DNA from: an uncultured Nitrospiraceae bacterium
GTDB taxonomy: Bacteria > Hydrogenedentota > Hydrogenedentia > Hydrogenedentales > SLHB01
Direction of reading: 5' to 3'
Assembly: GCA_964587655.1 (NCBI GenBank)
Contig: CAZPMT010000007.1
Location: 12,737 to 76,736 of the forward strand
Length of the DNA stretch: 64,000 nucleotides
Shown: positions 18,870 to 27,352 of the stretch, piece by piece
Numbering within the stretch: the first letter of the stretch is position 1
How the letters are laid out: each line of letters begins with the position of its first letter
The notes under the pieces: generated by a model
Database searches by the model: none
What the model was told of the DNA's origin: nothing
The model's input: the letters and a program-made list of their open reading frames with translations, nothing else
Made by a program: the position numbers and the translations under genes

Positions 18870-20573
18870 ATGGTCCTGTTTGACATTGTAGTGTTCATCC
18901 TCGTGCTGGGTTTGATGATTTTCTTTCACGAACTCGGCCATTTCCTCGCGGCAAAGGCTTGCGGCATATACGTCGATCGTTTCAGCCTCGGCATGCCTCC
19001 GCGCGCCTTCGGAATCCGCCTCGGCGAGACGGATTACTGCATCGGCGCGCTTCCGCTGGGCGGCTACGTCAAGATGGCCGGCCAGGAAGACGCGCCGTTG
19101 ACCGAAGAGGAACGCGAACAGACTTACGGTCACGTGCCAGAGGACCGGTGGTTCAACAAGAAACCCGTATGGCAGCGGGTCATTGTCATAATCGCTGGTC
19201 CCCTGATGAATATGGTGCTGGCCGTATTGCTGTACGGCATTGTGGCGGCCGTCGGCGCGGAAGTCCGCGAGTCCGACGTGGACAGTCGCATCGGGCAGAT
19301 TATGGCCGGCTCGCCTGCGTCCACGGCCCCCATGTACATGTTCCGTGCCGACGGTTTCGAGCCGGTTCCGGGCCGCGCGCCGGATGCGGTTGGCTGGCAG
19401 ACGGGCGACCGCATCCTCACCATCAATGGCGGCCGGATCCGCAACATCATGGACGTCGGCATCGACGCCGTGCTGGGCGGGGGTTCCGTGATGAACGTGG
19501 TCCTCGAGCGGGCCAACGCCGAGGGAACGAAAACAGAATACCTGTCGCCGGTGGAGCCCAAACCGCTTTCCAAAGACAAGCGCATGCGCTTCGGCGTGGC
19601 GCCCTTTGAAACGGCCCTCATCTCGGGCGTAAAGGACAACTCGCCCGCACAGGAAAGGGGCATTCTACCCGGCGACGAGATTCTGCGCGCCGACGGGAAG
19701 ATCGTGGACGGTCCCACCTTCGTTGAAACGATCGAGAAGATACCTGAAGGCGGAAGCGTGTCGCTCGAGGTCCAGCGCGGTTCAGAGACCATCCCAATCA
19801 CGGTTCAACCCGAAACGGTGGGGCGTTTTTTGGGGCTCGAAATCTGGTCCTCATGGGACCTGAACGGAGACCTGGACGCGAACGCCGAACCCGTTGTGAC
19901 GCACGTTCTGCCCGAAATCGAGAAAGAAACCGGGCTCAAGCCTAAGGACATCATCAAGGTCTTCAACGGGAAACCGGCGACCATCGCGTCGATGAACGAA
20001 TTCGAGCGGACCCATCCCGGAGAAACGGCCGAAATCGAGGTCGAGCGCCCCGCCATCCTTTTCGGCCTGCTGCGGAAGCAAGAGCAGTTGACGCTTAAGT
20101 TGCCCATCGCATCGGTCAGAGCGATCGGCGTGAATCTCGGCGCGAAGATGGTGTTCCACCGTGTGTCGCCGTCGCAGGTCGTTCCCGAGGCTTTCAATCT
20201 CACGTATCAAGCGCTAGCCCGCACCATGCGCACCATCGCCATGCTGGTCACGGGCGGCATCAGCCCGAAGGAACTCGGCGGCCCCGTCTTGATTTACCAA
20301 ATCACGACCGCGGCGGCGCGCGTCGGCTACTCGTGGCTGTTGAACATCACCGCGTTCATCAGCGTGAACCTCTGTGTGTTCAACCTGCTGCCGTTGCCGA
20401 TGCTCGACGGGAGTCTGCTAGTGTATTTCGCGATCGAGGGCATTCGACGCAAGCCGCTGGACATCAAGTTCCTCGAACGCATTCAGCAGGTGGGATTGGT
20501 GCTCATAGTCGGCCTGCTGTTGTATGTAACGTTTAACGATGTGTCTCGGTGGGCGACCAACTTGGTTCCATAA
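18870..20573 (+). CDS. rseP: RIP site-2 metalloprotease RseP
   Basis: HELGHFLAAK zinc motif in TM1, PDZ-like central region, C-terminal NLLPLPMLDGS motif. The conserved dxr-rseP adjacency is present. Confidence 0.9.
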   Translation: MVLFDIVVFILVLGLMIFFHELGHFLAAKACGIYVDRFSLGMPPRAFGIRLGETDYCIGALPLGGYVKMAGQEDAPLTEEEREQTYGHVPEDRWFNKKPVWQRVIVIIAGPLMNMVLAVLLYGIVAAVGAEVRESDVDSRIGQIMAGSPASTAPMYMFRADGFEPVPGRAPDAVGWQTGDRILTINGGRIRNIMDVGIDAVLGGGSVMNVVLERANAEGTKTEYLSPVEPKPLSKDKRMRFGVAPFETALISGVKDNSPAQERGILPGDEILRADGKIVDGPTFVETIEKIPEGGSVSLEVQRGSETIPITVQPETVGRFLGLEIWSSWDLNGDLDANAEPVVTHVLPEIEKETGLKPKDIIKVFNGKPATIASMNEFERTHPGETAEIEVERPAILFGLLRKQEQLTLKLPIASVRAIGVNLGAKMVFHRVSPSQVVPEAFNLTYQALARTMRTIAMLVTGGISPKELGGPVLIYQITTAAARVGYSWLLNITAFISVNLCVFNLLPLPMLDGSLLVYFAIEGIRRKPLDIKFLERIQQVGLVLIVGLLLYVTFNDVSRWATNLVP

Positions 20574-20580
20574 GGAAAGG

Positions 20581-21906
20581 ATGCGCGGAATCGCCATGAG
20601 CGGAATCACATGCAAATTCGGCGGTACGTCATTGGCGGATGTGGCTTGCATGCGCGCCGCAAGAGACATCATCCTGGCGAATCCCGAGCGCCGGTTCATC
20701 GTTCCTTCTGCGCCCGGAAAGCGGACGCCAGATGACAAGAAGATCACCGACCTGCTGCTTGCGTGGCACAGCCTCGTGAGGCAGGGATTGGATGCTTTTC
20801 AGCCGGCGGGCATTATTCGGGAGCGATACGCGGACCTCGCGCTGGAGCTTGGTCTCAAGTTCGACGTGAGGGCGCATCTCGATGAGATCGAGAAACAAGC
20901 GGGCGCGTATGCCGAGCCGGATTTCATGGCTTCACGCGGGGAATATCTCTGCGGGCGGCTGATGGCGGAATACCTCGGGGCCGCGTTCGTGGATCCCGCC
21001 GAGTGCATCAAGTTCGACGACGAAGGACTGCTGGACCCGATATCGTACGAGATGCTGGGGAAACGCCTTGCCGGACCCGGCCTGTTCGTCGTTCCGGGTT
21101 TCTACGGGTCAACTCCCGACGGGCGCGTCAAGACCTTCTCGAGGGGCGGGAGCGACGTCACGGGCTCCATCGTGGCGCGCGCGTCCAACTCGACGCTATA
21201 TGAGAACTGGACGGACGTCTCCGGATTCCGCATGACTGACCCGCGGATCGTGCCGAACGCGAAGCATATCTCGGAGATCACCTACGCCGAGCTGCGTGAG
21301 CTGTCTTACATGGGCGCGTCGGTCCTGCACGACGAAGCCATCTTCCCCGTGTGCGAACCGGGCATTCCCATCAATATCCGCAACACGAAAGCGCCCGAAG
21401 ATCCCGGTACTATGATCGTGCGGAGCCGCGAGGCCTCATTTCCGGTGGCCGGCATCGCGGGCCGGGGAGGCTTCACGATGATCAATATCGAGAAGGCCCT
21501 GATGAACAAGGAGATCGGATTCGGCCGGCGCGTTCTTTCCGTGCTCGAGGAGCATGGCGTGAGCTTCGAACATATGCCCACGGGCATCGACACCATTTCC
21601 TTGATCGTCCGGGACGAGGAACTCGCCCATCACGGCGCTGCTGTCATCAAAGGTATCGAGCGGGCCTGCCAACCGGACCGCGTGACGCTCGCGCCGGGTC
21701 TGGCCCTGATAGCAACCGTGGGGCAGGGCATGAATCATCACGTGGGCATCGCCGGACGTCTTTGCACGGCGCTCGCGGAAGCCGGCGTCAACCTGCGAGT
21801 GATCAATCAGGGATCGTCCGAGATGAACATCATCGTGGGTGTCGAGGAAACCGATCTCGCGAAAGCGGTCCGCGCGCTGTACGACGCGTTCGATACCTGG
21901 AAATAG
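20581..21906 (+). CDS. lysC: aspartate kinase
   Basis: KFGGTSLAD N-terminal motif, PSAPGKRT, and C-terminal ACT-like repeats. The start is either 20581 or 20596. Confidence 0.88.
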   Translation: MRGIAMSGITCKFGGTSLADVACMRAARDIILANPERRFIVPSAPGKRTPDDKKITDLLLAWHSLVRQGLDAFQPAGIIRERYADLALELGLKFDVRAHLDEIEKQAGAYAEPDFMASRGEYLCGRLMAEYLGAAFVDPAECIKFDDEGLLDPISYEMLGKRLAGPGLFVVPGFYGSTPDGRVKTFSRGGSDVTGSIVARASNSTLYENWTDVSGFRMTDPRIVPNAKHISEITYAELRELSYMGASVLHDEAIFPVCEPGIPINIRNTKAPEDPGTMIVRSREASFPVAGIAGRGGFTMINIEKALMNKEIGFGRRVLSVLEEHGVSFEHMPTGIDTISLIVRDEELAHHGAAVIKGIERACQPDRVTLAPGLALIATVGQGMNHHVGIAGRLCTALAEAGVNLRVINQGSSEMNIIVGVEETDLAKAVRALYDAFDTWK

Positions 21907-21948
21907 GCCGCCGCTCCGACGCCGCGTATCAACGGGGAGGGACTGTGC

Positions 21949-23409
21949 ATGCGCCGCACCAAGATGATCTGCACGATAGGGCCCAGCTCCAATACGCCGG
22001 ACGTCCTCCGCAAACTCATCGCGGCCGGCATGGACGTTGCCCGGCTCAATTTCTCGCATGGGACTCACGATGTCCATCGTGCGGCGTGCCAGGCGATCCG
22101 TTCCTTGGCCGCCGAAGCGGGGCGGAACGTGGCCGTCATGGCGGACCTCCAGGGACCGAAGATGCGCACCGGCCCGTTGAAGGGAGGTGGACCGGTTGCC
22201 TTGAACGAAGGGGCGATGTTGTGCGTCACAACTCGTAATGTCCCCGGCGACGCTGCATGCGTTTCGACGACCTACGCGAACCTTCCCAATGACGTCAAAG
22301 CCGGGCGCCACATCCTCGTTGCGGACGGCGCGATGGAACTCCGGGTCGAACGGGTTGACGGGCCGGACGTGCATTGCCGCGTCATGCGAGGCGGCGAGCT
22401 TGGCGAGCACAAGGGCATCAACCTTCCCGGCGTCAACGTAAGCGCGCCGTCGCTGACTGAGAAGGACGTCGAGGACCTGGCCTTTGCGCTTAACCTCGGT
22501 GTGGACTATGTCGCTTTGTCATTTGTACGATACCCTGACGATCTCCGGTTGCTCCGGGAGAGGATCGACGGCTTGTGCGCCGGCAAATCTGAGAACGGCG
22601 GATGCCCTGGCATCGTCGCGAAGATCGAACGGCCGGAAGCCCTCGAAAACATCGAAGAGATCCTGTCACTCTCGGATGCCGTCATGGTGGCCCGCGGGGA
22701 CTTGGGCATCGAGGTATGCCTCGACGACATCCCGCAGATACAGAAGGGCCTCATTCGGAAGTGCAACGCGCACGGCCTGCCCGTGATCACCGCCACGCAG
22801 ATGCTCGAATCGATGATGACAAACCCGCGGCCCACGCGCGCCGAAGTGAGCGACGTGGCCAACGCGATCTACGACGGCGCCGACGCCGTGATGCTTTCCG
22901 GCGAGACGGCGGCGGGCCGGTTTCCGCTCGAAGCCGCGCGCACGATGGCGGATATCGCGGAGCGGGCCGACAACGCCATCGCGGCGGCGCCCGTCGATTC
23001 GTCGCAATACCCCGTGGACTCCCCGGTGTGGCGCGGCTCGCATAGCGGCGCGATCGCCGAGGCCGTGGCGCGGATAACCGCCCAACTCGAAATCGCGCGC
23101 GTCGTTTGTTTCACCAAGAGCGGACACACGGCGCGCGCCATCGCCAGATGCCGTCCACATACGCCCATAACGGCCATTACGCTGTCCGAGAACACGCTGC
23201 GTCGATGCGCAATGGTATGGGGCGTTGACGCTCTCCGCTCCACGGAGGTGAAGAACGTCGACCAGATGCTCGGCATGGTGGACGCCTTGGTCCTGGAACA
23301 CCGCCTCGCCAAACCCGGCGATTCGATCATCGTTGTGGGCGGCACCCCGCTAGCCGTGGGCAGCGTGACAAACTTCCTCAAACTCCACACCGTCGGACGT
23401 CATCAGTGA
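21949..23409 (+). CDS. pyk: pyruvate kinase
   Basis: 486 aa with RRTKMICTIGPSS, MVARGDLGIE and ATQMLESM motifs. Confidence 0.95.
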   Translation: MRRTKMICTIGPSSNTPDVLRKLIAAGMDVARLNFSHGTHDVHRAACQAIRSLAAEAGRNVAVMADLQGPKMRTGPLKGGGPVALNEGAMLCVTTRNVPGDAACVSTTYANLPNDVKAGRHILVADGAMELRVERVDGPDVHCRVMRGGELGEHKGINLPGVNVSAPSLTEKDVEDLAFALNLGVDYVALSFVRYPDDLRLLRERIDGLCAGKSENGGCPGIVAKIERPEALENIEEILSLSDAVMVARGDLGIEVCLDDIPQIQKGLIRKCNAHGLPVITATQMLESMMTNPRPTRAEVSDVANAIYDGADAVMLSGETAAGRFPLEAARTMADIAERADNAIAAAPVDSSQYPVDSPVWRGSHSGAIAEAVARITAQLEIARVVCFTKSGHTARAIARCRPHTPITAITLSENTLRRCAMVWGVDALRSTEVKNVDQMLGMVDALVLEHRLAKPGDSIIVVGGTPLAVGSVTNFLKLHTVGRHQ

Positions 23410-23459
23410 CCGTCGCTACGGGACCAGAGGGCCCGTAGTGTGGTTTCAGAGGCAAACAG

Positions 23460-23903
23460 TCAAGTGGTTCGAGTGCGAGGCGCCCGGCGGGAGAGGGTCG
23501 AACGCAAGTAGCGCAAGCGCCGCAAGAGAAGGCGGATTCCCTCTTCAATTTCACACTCCCATATGATGACAACGGACCATGCGCTTTTCCCGAGAAGCCT
23601 ATATGCTTCACCGTCGCGTTTTCGGTTTCCTCCGATTTTCGCAACCCAGTATGCTCTGTTGGTTCTCGGCACCCTCGCTCCTCTCTTGCATCGGTGACCA
23701 TGCCAGAAGCAACCGTTCACGAAGACCACTACACGATACCTCGGAAACGTCAGATCCGGCTTCCCAGGGAGGGTGGAATCATGAATCCGGTAACGAAAAC
23801 CTGCGGCGTGAGCCCGTCGTCTTACGTACAACTCCGGGCAAGTATCTTTCGATCTTACTTGCCGCATGATGTAGCTTCGCCGCTCTTCGGAAACGGTAGC
23901 CAC
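23460..23903 (-). CDS. vsr: very short patch repair endonuclease
   Basis: 147 aa with SKDTCPE...FRYR...LPGKPDLTFPRYRVVVFVNGCFWHGH, typical of Vsr. Last gene of the methyltransferase-endonuclease-vsr string. Confidence 0.9.
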   Translation of the reverse strand: MATVSEERRSYIMRQVRSKDTCPELYVRRRAHAAGFRYRIHDSTLPGKPDLTFPRYRVVVFVNGCFWHGHRCKRGARVPRTNRAYWVAKIGGNRKRDGEAYRLLGKSAWSVVIIWECEIEEGIRLLLRRLRYLRSTLSRRAPRTRTT

Positions 23904-23911
23904 GCGACACC

Positions 23912-24417
23912 TTACGGGTTTGCGCGTTTGATCGCGTTCCAGGAGGATTCGCAGACAACCGCGCCATCTCTCATGAGTGTGGTCTTGCGCTGCAAGTCGG
24001 CCGCCTCTCTACGAGCTTCAATCTTCACGTAGGTTATGTCGTGCGAATTGCAGCGAAAGGCCTTGGACAGCGCATTGAGGAACGTTACTTCCTCAAGTTT
24101 CCAGCAAATGGGAGACGGGTTGTTGCGGGGATCAGGACGCGTTCTCGGGAAAACATAGATGCACGGCGGCGGGACTTTCCGTTTGGGCAAGGACGTTTCG
24201 CGAGAACTGGTCTTCTTTGTTTTGGGACAGGGCCTGCCAGCGGTTCCGCAAAGCATGTCCCAGATCACAAGGCCGTCCACTCTGTCTGGTCGGTGAATGA
24301 TTTCGGTACCCAAACGCGTGTGTATTCCGGACCACGCATTGTGCTTGGGATCCGCGCCAGGGTTTTGGCACAAGGACCATATGACGAACTCGTCTGCGTT
24401 TTGAGGTCTAAGGCTGC
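23912..24417 (-). pseudogene. C-terminal part (167 codons) of an IS-disrupted type II restriction endonuclease gene
   Basis: Open frame running from the left IS boundary to stop 23912. It is in the same frame as the N-terminal part once the IS is removed. The stop lies 8 nt before the vsr start. Confidence 0.7.
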
Positions 24418-25701
24418 GTAAATAAATAAAGGTTGCAAAGTGGACTTGGAGCGTGTACGATAGTGGGGCATGAAGACATCCTCCGAGCTTCAGGCGAAGC
24501 TGGCTTGCGTATGGCCGCTCCTCGACGAGCGGACGCGACGGCTCATGGCCGCCAACGAAGCGCGTGCCTTGGGCCGTGGTGGAATATCGCAAGTGAACCG
24601 TGCATGCGGGCTGTCGCGAAAGGCCATCGCCAACGGCATAAAGGAAATCGAGACCGGAACGGCGCCTCCGGAAGGTCGTGTGCGGCAGCCGGGGGCGGGA
24701 CGCAAGCAGATCACCGCCCACGATCCGAGTTTGGCGGGCGCGCTGGAAGGCCTGATCGAGCCGGAAACGCGCGGCGACCCGGAATCGCCGTTGCGCTGGA
24801 CTTGCAGGAGCACGCGGACCTTGGCCGCGCAGTTGACCCGGCACAAGCATCCGATCAGCCATATGAAGGTCGCTCAACTTCTTCATGCGCAAGGCTACAG
24901 TCTGCAAAGCAACCGCAAGACGGAAGAGGGCGGCCACCACCCCGACCGGGACGCGCAATTCCGCCATATCAACACCCAGGTCAAGCGGGCCTTGGCGAAA
25001 GGAACGCCCGTTATTTCCGTGGACACGAAAAAGAAAGAACTGGTGGGCAACTACGAGAACGGGGGCCAACAATGGTTGCCCGCGAAGAAGCCAGTCAAGG
25101 TCCAGGGGCACGACTTTCCCCAGCCCGACGTTCCCCGTGCATACCCCTACGGCGTGTACGACATCGAGCGCAACATGGGCTTCGTGAATGTGGGAACGGA
25201 CCACGACACGGGGGCGTTCGCCGTGGCGTCCATTCGAGGGTGGTGGCGCCGCGAAGGGCGGCGCCTGTATCCCGAAGCGAAAGATGTGTTGATCACGGCG
25301 GACGGCGGCGGCAGCAATGGGTCGCGGTTGCGGCTCTGGAAACTGGAACTGCAGAAGCTGGCGGACAAGACGGGCCTTTCCATTGCCGTGTGCCATTTTC
25401 CACCGGGCACGAGCAAATGGAACAAGATCGAACACCGGTTGTTCTCCTTCATCTCCTCGAATTGGCGGGGCGAACCGTTGCGGGACTACGAGACGATCGT
25501 GAAGCTGATTTCCCGCACGGCCACGGCGCAAGGTCTCAAAGTAACCTGTCGCCTGGACCGGCGCAAGTACCCGACAGGACGCAAGGTGACGGACGAGGAA
25601 ATGAAGCGCGTGAATCTGAAGCGAAACAAGTTCCACGGCGACTGGAACTATACAATCCGGCCTCGATAGCTCCAAATTATTTGATACCTTTATTTATTTA
25701 C
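24418..25701 (+). mobile_element. ISAzo13-family insertion sequence (1284 bp)
   Basis: Terminal inverted repeats GTAAATAAATAAAGGT (24418-24433) and ACCTTTATTTATTTAC (25686-25701) are a perfect 16/16 match. They bracket a single transposase ORF. No obvious target duplication. Confidence 0.85.
24470..25669 (+). CDS. ISAzo13-family (Rhodopirellula-type DDE) transposase
   Basis: 399 aa, uninterrupted. The N-terminus LDERTRRLMAANEARALGRGGISQV...SRKAI and C-terminus FPPGTSKWNKIEHRLFSFIS are characteristic of this family. Confidence 0.88.
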   Translation: MKTSSELQAKLACVWPLLDERTRRLMAANEARALGRGGISQVNRACGLSRKAIANGIKEIETGTAPPEGRVRQPGAGRKQITAHDPSLAGALEGLIEPETRGDPESPLRWTCRSTRTLAAQLTRHKHPISHMKVAQLLHAQGYSLQSNRKTEEGGHHPDRDAQFRHINTQVKRALAKGTPVISVDTKKKELVGNYENGGQQWLPAKKPVKVQGHDFPQPDVPRAYPYGVYDIERNMGFVNVGTDHDTGAFAVASIRGWWRREGRRLYPEAKDVLITADGGGSNGSRLRLWKLELQKLADKTGLSIAVCHFPPGTSKWNKIEHRLFSFISSNWRGEPLRDYETIVKLISRTATAQGLKVTCRLDRRKYPTGRKVTDEEMKRVNLKRNKFHGDWNYTIRPR

Positions 25702-26107
25702 AGATCCTAACATAGATATTCGTATTGTTTCCGTCCAAACAACCTTTGGCTTCCACTATGACGAGGCGGCCCTTGGGCATCTCTATGCAGTAATCGTGTC
25801 TCTCGCCTCCACCTGAGAAAGTCCAGTTCTTGATGAAACCCTTTGATTTCAGAAAGGACAAGATTTCTTCCACAAAACTACGTTTCTGATCGGTTGACGC
25901 CGCCTGTGTTCCGCGCAATTTTTCAATGGCCCCGTGGAATAGACCCGCATCCCAAAACTCGTCATCGTTCAAGCCATGGCTTCCAATGCATGGAGCGGCT
26001 TCCCTGAGCTCACGTGCATAAGCCTCGATTGAAGCTCTGACTTCCGGCAAGAGGCCACAGGCTATCACTTGCTCCTTAGACGTGCGGCTAGGCGACCCTT
26101 CTGCCAC
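25702..26107 (-). pseudogene. N-terminal part (135 codons) of the IS-disrupted PD-(D/E)XK restriction endonuclease gene
   Basis: Contains a nuclease-like D...(V)EAK motif (ERHDYCIEMPKGRLVIVEAKG). The track ORF 25694..26107 takes its last residues and its stop from inside the IS inverted repeat. The start overlaps the methyltransferase stop by 20 nt. Confidence 0.7.
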
Positions 26108-27257
26108 TGTCTTGTGCTTTCTCGCGCGATGCGGCTTGTGCTAATGGAACCAAGACATGCTTGCTCAGCCAGGAGACCACCGGCACAACCAGGCCGTCGC
26201 CCATCAACTTGTAAGCTTCGTTGTAGTTGGTGGGAAGTGGGTAATCGTCCGGCGCCCCCATAAGACGGGCTGCTTCACGAGGACTCAGCAGCCTGCTTCT
26301 GATCCTGTCGCCCTCGACGACCACAATCGTTTGGCGGCTGGATCCTCCAGCAGGGGTTCTCAGACAACCGCTGATCTGATCAAACCTGACTTCCGCGCGC
26401 TGGTTCCTGTTGCCGTGCTCGTCCGTCCGGGTTCTCCTGTAGAGAGTACCCACCGTCCGCCTCATCATGGCCTGCGCCTGAAACAGCTTCTGCAAATTAG
26501 CGTGGGACATCATCTTTACGAAAGCTTCCGTTTCCGAGGGGTAGTGCCATCTGACGCCGAGGGGGTTTTCCTCAAGAACGTCACGCAATTGGGGCGCGGG
26601 ACCTTCCGGCAAAGGGACCCGCCACCATAGCGCGTCCTTACGTATGGCTTCCGGCAGTGCGTGATATGCCCGAATCAGGGAAGGGCTATGCCAAGACCCA
26701 AAGGGATCTTCCTGAACAAGTTTCCTTGGAATCTGAACCTTGCTGGAAACCGCGACGATGAAAAGACGAGGACGCGATTGAGGGACGAACATCCTCGCGT
26801 CAATGACCAGCGCGCCATAACGGTACCCGCCCGCCTTCAGCGCGCCAAGAATTGCAGCGAAGTCCTTCCCGCCATCGGACGTGATGGTTCCCACCACGTT
26901 CTCTACGGCAATGATTGGGACCTCGCGATCAGCGTTCTTTGCCAGAATCAGGTCCAGGAAAGGCCAAAAAGTGCTGCTTCTTTCGCCTTCAAGCCCTCGG
27001 CCTTTTCCGGCGAGTGAAAGGTCCTGACACGGGAATGATGCCCATGCAAGAACAGCGCCGTCAGGCAATTGCTCGGACCGCAATTGGCGGATATCTTCTC
27101 TCAGCAGTTCCGGCGAAGGCCCGAAAGCTCTTCGGTAGGCCTCAACTTTCTTCGGGCAAAAATCATTGGCGAAGACACAGTCCCATTTCTTTCCAAGACC
27201 GAGCCTGGCCATACCTCCGCCGCAGAAGAACTCGTAGTACTTGTATCGGTTGTTCAT
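26088..27257 (-). CDS. dcm: DNA (cytosine-5)-methyltransferase
   Basis: 389 aa with motif I FFCGGGMA, motif IV SFPCQDLSLAG, motif VI AVENV, motif VIII QSRPRLFIV and motif X GDGLVVPV. Confidence 0.93.
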   Translation of the reverse strand: MNNRYKYYEFFCGGGMARLGLGKKWDCVFANDFCPKKVEAYRRAFGPSPELLREDIRQLRSEQLPDGAVLAWASFPCQDLSLAGKGRGLEGERSSTFWPFLDLILAKNADREVPIIAVENVVGTITSDGGKDFAAILGALKAGGYRYGALVIDARMFVPQSRPRLFIVAVSSKVQIPRKLVQEDPFGSWHSPSLIRAYHALPEAIRKDALWWRVPLPEGPAPQLRDVLEENPLGVRWHYPSETEAFVKMMSHANLQKLFQAQAMMRRTVGTLYRRTRTDEHGNRNQRAEVRFDQISGCLRTPAGGSSRQTIVVVEGDRIRSRLLSPREAARLMGAPDDYPLPTNYNEAYKLMGDGLVVPVVSWLSKHVLVPLAQAASREKAQDSGRRVA

Positions 27258-27292
27258 GACAATCCCAACCTGCTGATACGAAACACACTCAG

Positions 27293-27321
27293 ATTATATC
27301 AGCACGGCAATCAAACGCAAA
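27293..27321 (-). promoter_or_regulatory. extended -10 promoter (TGATATAAT) upstream of the methyltransferase gene
   Basis: The minus strand reads GCTGATATAAT, with the -10 hexamer at 27298-27293 about 36 nt upstream of ATG 27257. The -35 (TTTGCG) is weak. Overlapped by a 7-bp inverted repeat. Confidence 0.4.
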
Positions 27322-27352
27322 GCCTGCGAAAAGCACGTGACTCTGGAACTCG

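Noticed and set aside
23416-23438. Possible terminator hairpin after pyk (CTACGGG...CCCGTAG)
   Set aside because: It has only a 7-bp stem with a 9-nt loop and a poor U-tract. That is too weak to report as a feature.
23912-25675. 587-aa minus-strand ORF, the longest unexplained ORF in the island
   Set aside because: Most of it is antisense to the ISAzo13 transposase gene and crosses the IS left end. Only its last 167 codons (23912-24417) make sense, as the C-terminal half of the disrupted restriction endonuclease.
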